Part shown: one piece after another, positions 60,801 to 64,000 of the stretch
Numbering within the stretch: the first letter of the stretch is position 1
Layout of the letters: every line of letters starts with the position of its first letter
Assembly (NCBI RefSeq): GCF_018977255.1
Contig: NW_024704742.1
Span: 72,976,001 to 73,040,000, forward strand
Source: Callorhinchus milii
Taxonomy: Eukaryota
DNA length: 64,000 nucleotides
Reading direction: 5' to 3'
Notes under the pieces: model-generated
The model's input: the letters and a program-made list of their open reading frames with translations, nothing else
Told to the model about the DNA's origin: nothing
The model's database searches: none
Made by a program: the position numbers and the translations under genes

Positions 60801-62777
60801 TTTGATGGTATGAGAATATGAGAATGAGAAGTCTCTTGACTTTGATCACACTCTCACGTTAGTGCCTGCTATAAGTTTGTTACCCTGTCTGGCTTTAGAT
60901 AATAGCCCATGATTTATCTGATTGAGATTTCCTTTGAAAGTAGTAGAAACATTTAAAAATGTCATTTTATGTCTACAGCTTCTATTTCCCCGTATCTGAA
61001 TTTCTATCCCCCGCACCCCCATTTTCTCTTCTCCAGAAGACCGTAGACTAATTTTTCTAATTTGACTTTGACTAAGACTTTGACTAATTTTCCTTCTATT
61101 GGGGTATGGTTTCATGGGTCCTGAGCATGCAATAATACCTTGCCATGCGGCCAACATTTGATAGTGAGTCTTGACGTTGAGTCTTCATGTTGAGTGTTGT
61201 CAGACTGTCAGACTATGGGAAGATCACAGCTAAGCTCAGCATCCACATACACACACTTTCCAGCTGGGAGCTCCAGAGCAGTGACAACTCTGGCAGATGT
61301 CCCCCTCTCTTAACTAAAAGGAATTTGCTGCCCGGACTGAGATCAGCTTTCCAGTATGTACGATCAAGTGCTGCATTGTGAGGTGCCTTTTACCCATGAG
61401 CACATCGGATGACATTTATAAAAGTTTTGTAAATAAATCTGGTTGTTGTGAGGTGGCCTGTACACAGTTCACTGCAGTATTTTATCAATACTTGCAATTG
61501 CTAGGATTAGCTTTCACTACCATCATTCCTAGCATTGCTGTTTGAAGACAAAGAATATCAATATTTGATTACAAAGCAATATAAAAACACTGTTATCTTC
61601 TGCTCTTTCCTCTCCTGCTTTCTAGAACTCCATCCTAGAGTCCCTTAACTCACTCGCTCCCTCCCCTCTTTAAGGTCCGTCTCAAATGTACCTCTTTGAT
61701 CATCTTTTGCTCCTCACTCCCCTCAGCTCCCATCATTAGCTCGGGTGTCCATCCAGTGCTGTGAATTCATCTTGGGACATCCTCTCTACGTGAAAGGCGC
61801 TGTATATATGTAAATTGTATTGTATTGACAATAAATTGTGTGATTTTAATGGGAAAAATCTAATATACAACAAGATTACATTTGTATAGAGCCTTTCACG
61901 TCGGGAGGACATCCCAAGGCGTTGATATAAATTTATTCACAAGTGGAAATCACAGCAAAGCTGGTTTAATCCTCGCCCAAAGTCCACATGTACTTTCCAA
62001 CGTGTTGCAGGATAAGGATCAGGAGCGAGAATCTGGGATAATTTTCTTCTCTCTATTCTGGAGCACTGAGGATAAGTTTAGCACCCTTACTGCCACTCTA
62101 ACTGAGATCAACTATCTCCTTACAGTCTTATGTATTAAACCTAGGGTTCCCAGTCCAAGTGTGTTAGTTGCTCACTTGATCAATGTCCATCCTTTCGTGA
62201 AAATGTTGTCTGTACATGTAAATCATGTATTTCTTTGGTTTATCTGGGTATTTGGCAATGGATATTGCTGTATGCAAATTAGTTGCCAGTTTCACCTTCA
62301 AAATACACAGTCACTACACTTTCTACACATTATAGTATGTCCCGTGAAGCTCTTTGAAACATCCTTCTGACATGAAAGACACAATATCAATTGTAAGGAT
62401 TATTATCACTTCTGGTCTTTTATTCAACTTAAGAACTACTGTTAACTACTGCGACGTCCTCCCAATGTGAAAGGCACTATACAAATGTAATTTTGTTGTT
62501 GTTGTTCACTATCTTCTGATCAGCAAATTGAATTTGACCAAGTCCAAAACGTTTTTTTGGTCTTAAAGCCTGCGAGGCTAGTAGTGTTTTCAATGGTGGG
62601 GAGAATGTAGTTGGTAATCTTCAGCTAAATTTCCAGTATTTACTCAATATTTTAATTATTGACAGTATTGACAATTGGTTTTTTAATATGCATTTTGTTG
62701 TATAAAGGTGTAATCATTTCTGTATCTTTCTTCCAGCTGATGGACCTTATCTTCAGATCGTAGAACAGCCCAAACAG
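57792..62777 (+). CDS. nfkb1: Nuclear factor NF-kappa-B p105 subunit, 5' partial CDS: join(57792..57821, 59179..59254, 62737..62777) = MAEDDTYQLR MFNMDNYSAGMFNSPIGPTDPPLQT PDGPYLQIVEQPKQ; continues beyond the window
   Basis: MAEDD start and DGPYLQIxEQPKQ (start of the Rel homology domain) are diagnostic. Phases are consistent (0, 1, 0), introns are GT-AG, and synteny with slc39a8 agrees. Confidence 0.93.
58187..58317. repeat. Inverted repeat with ~34-nt arms (MITE-like)
   Basis: taacctgcaggaccattttgtcttaaaatgtaag pairs with cttagattttaaaataaaattgtcttgcaggcta. Confidence 0.75.
59179..59254 (+). CDS. nfkb1: nfkb1 second coding exon: MFNMDNYSAGMFNSPIGPTDPPLQT
   Basis: Acceptor tccttcctgtag|ATG and donor ACGC|GTAAGT; 76 nt, phase 0 to 1. 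It resembles the human MFHLD...IFNP exon as recalled. Confidence 0.88.
60045..60295 (-). mobile_element. L2 3' fragment
   Basis: (caa)n tail, gggaggacgtcccaaggcgct, and RPTIGGWAF remnant. Confidence 0.85.
61660..61922. mobile_element. Two L2 3' tails, tail to tail
   Basis: Plus-strand tail ending at about 61825 and minus-strand tail at 61868-61922. Confidence 0.7.
62737..62777 (+). CDS. nfkb1: nfkb1 third coding exon: (P)DGPYLQIVEQPKQ
   Basis: Acceptor ctttcttccag|CT and donor CAG|GTAAGC; 41 nt; start of the Rel homology domain. Confidence 0.95.
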
Positions 62778-63121
62778 GTAAGCAAGTGATCTTAGAAGAA
62801 GATACAAAGTGTCACATTTGTTCTGCATTATTACTCTCCTCCTGTACTTCCCTAATGGTGGGTTGTAAATTGCAATGTGTGAATTCATGCAAAATGATGC
62901 CAATTAACACATGCATTGTATTTGGTGCGACCTTAACATGATTAACACACTGACTGGCTCCCAGATTTGCTGGAGACAGGATCCCACTGCCACTCCTTCG
63001 GCTCACTTTTTAATAGTTGGCTGAGAAGCTGGCTGCACTGCACATTGGACTTCTGCACTATACTGCTAGTTAATGCGATATTGACTTAACTAAACAAAAA
63101 AGATAAAGCGAATAACCGAAC

Positions 63122-63467
63122 AGCAAGCGAGAGACCTGGGTTTGATTCCCGGGCAAGGTGAAACATTAGGCAAGTTTCCTTATTCCACACCCCTCTGTTC
63201 ACTTAGCAGTAAGTAGAAACCCGGTTGTTAGTTGATTAGCAGGTCGCTTTTCTGGGGGGAAATAATCACTTCAAAATAAATAAATCAATAAAAATATTTG
63301 GTCATTCAATCCACGACTGGTTTTGGGACACTGCTGTGTGCAATTTGTTGCTACGTTTCACCCACAAAATATGCAGTCAATTCACTTTATGGTATATTCT
63401 GTGAAGCGCTTTGAGACGTCCCGAAGACATGATAAGGTGCTTTATCAAATGCAAGGATTATTATTAT
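63122..63467 (+). mobile_element. Long-form tRNA SINE, 5' half of head missing
   Basis: gcaagcgagagacctgggtt.. central segment, body and (tta)n tail. Confidence 0.88.
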
Positions 63468-64000
63468 CTGCAATCCCTTCACAATTTACAAATTATGTTA
63501 AATATTCCCATGTTTAGCATAAAGTTTACACAACATGCATAACAGCATCCAGTTAAGGTTGAATATTATTAAAAAGGCAGTCAAATATTGGAACATAATT
63601 CAAGCATGCTTAACTACCAAGCTAGATTTTTTACTTCTATTGTGTAGACAATTTGAGTGAATCCCATGTATGTAATGTTTTGATTTGTTGAAAATGGAAT
63701 TATCCTGGATCCGAGAGCATTCAGTTATGAAGAGATGTAGTCAACCAGAAGATTGCAAAAGAGGGTTATTCAGATATTTAAACTCCTTGGTGGCATGAAT
63801 AACATAAATGTAAGCATCATATTTAATTTGGACTGTGAATGTAGAGCTGGAGAATACTTTTGCAAAATGAATGAACTTCCGGCAAGACCAGAGGTTCCGA
63901 GGACTTTTTCCTGTGCCTGAGCCCCCTTTGCAGACCAGTCAATATATGAAATAGATTTCAGGTTGTGAAAAGTAAAGGTAACAATGAACACTTTCTGTTC

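Noticed and set aside
873..63467. CRISPR-like recurring 30-40 nt motifs
   Set aside because: They are dispersed, irregularly spaced SINE/L2 tails in both orientations, with no repeat-spacer periodicity and no cas genes.

Overview
Repeat-rich vertebrate genomic DNA, most likely from a cartilaginous fish (possibly a chimaera). That guess comes from the CR1/L2 LINE and Deu-type SINE content and cannot be proven from this window. Two genes lie head to head. (1) On the minus strand is a complete slc39a8 (ZIP8 Zn/Mn/Fe transporter), reconstructed by eye from 8 coding exons (27831 down to 5847). It spans 1383 nt, encodes 460 aa and uses only GT-AG introns. (2) On the plus strand is the 5' part of nfkb1 (p105/p50): a CpG-island promoter at about 47.7-49.1 kb and three coding exons (57792-62777); the gene continues past the window end. 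The rest is largely nested L2 and CR1 LINE fragments, tRNA-Ala-derived SINEs, SacSINE1/Deu-like SINEs and palindromic MITE-like relics. The most notable signals are: an open-frame ZIP8 that has lost hallmark LIV-1 family motifs (EEFPHE to EEFLHE, and no CPA/PAL motif or downstream ectodomain cysteine); kappaB sites in a compact ZIP8/NF-kB1 divergent intergenic region; a SINE family whose youngest copies carry the same 3' stem-loop as the youngest local L2; and several small templated duplications. No prokaryote-type system such as a CRISPR array is present. TE boundaries are approximate (roughly +/-20 nt). Comparisons with human sequences are from memory and need confirming by alignment.
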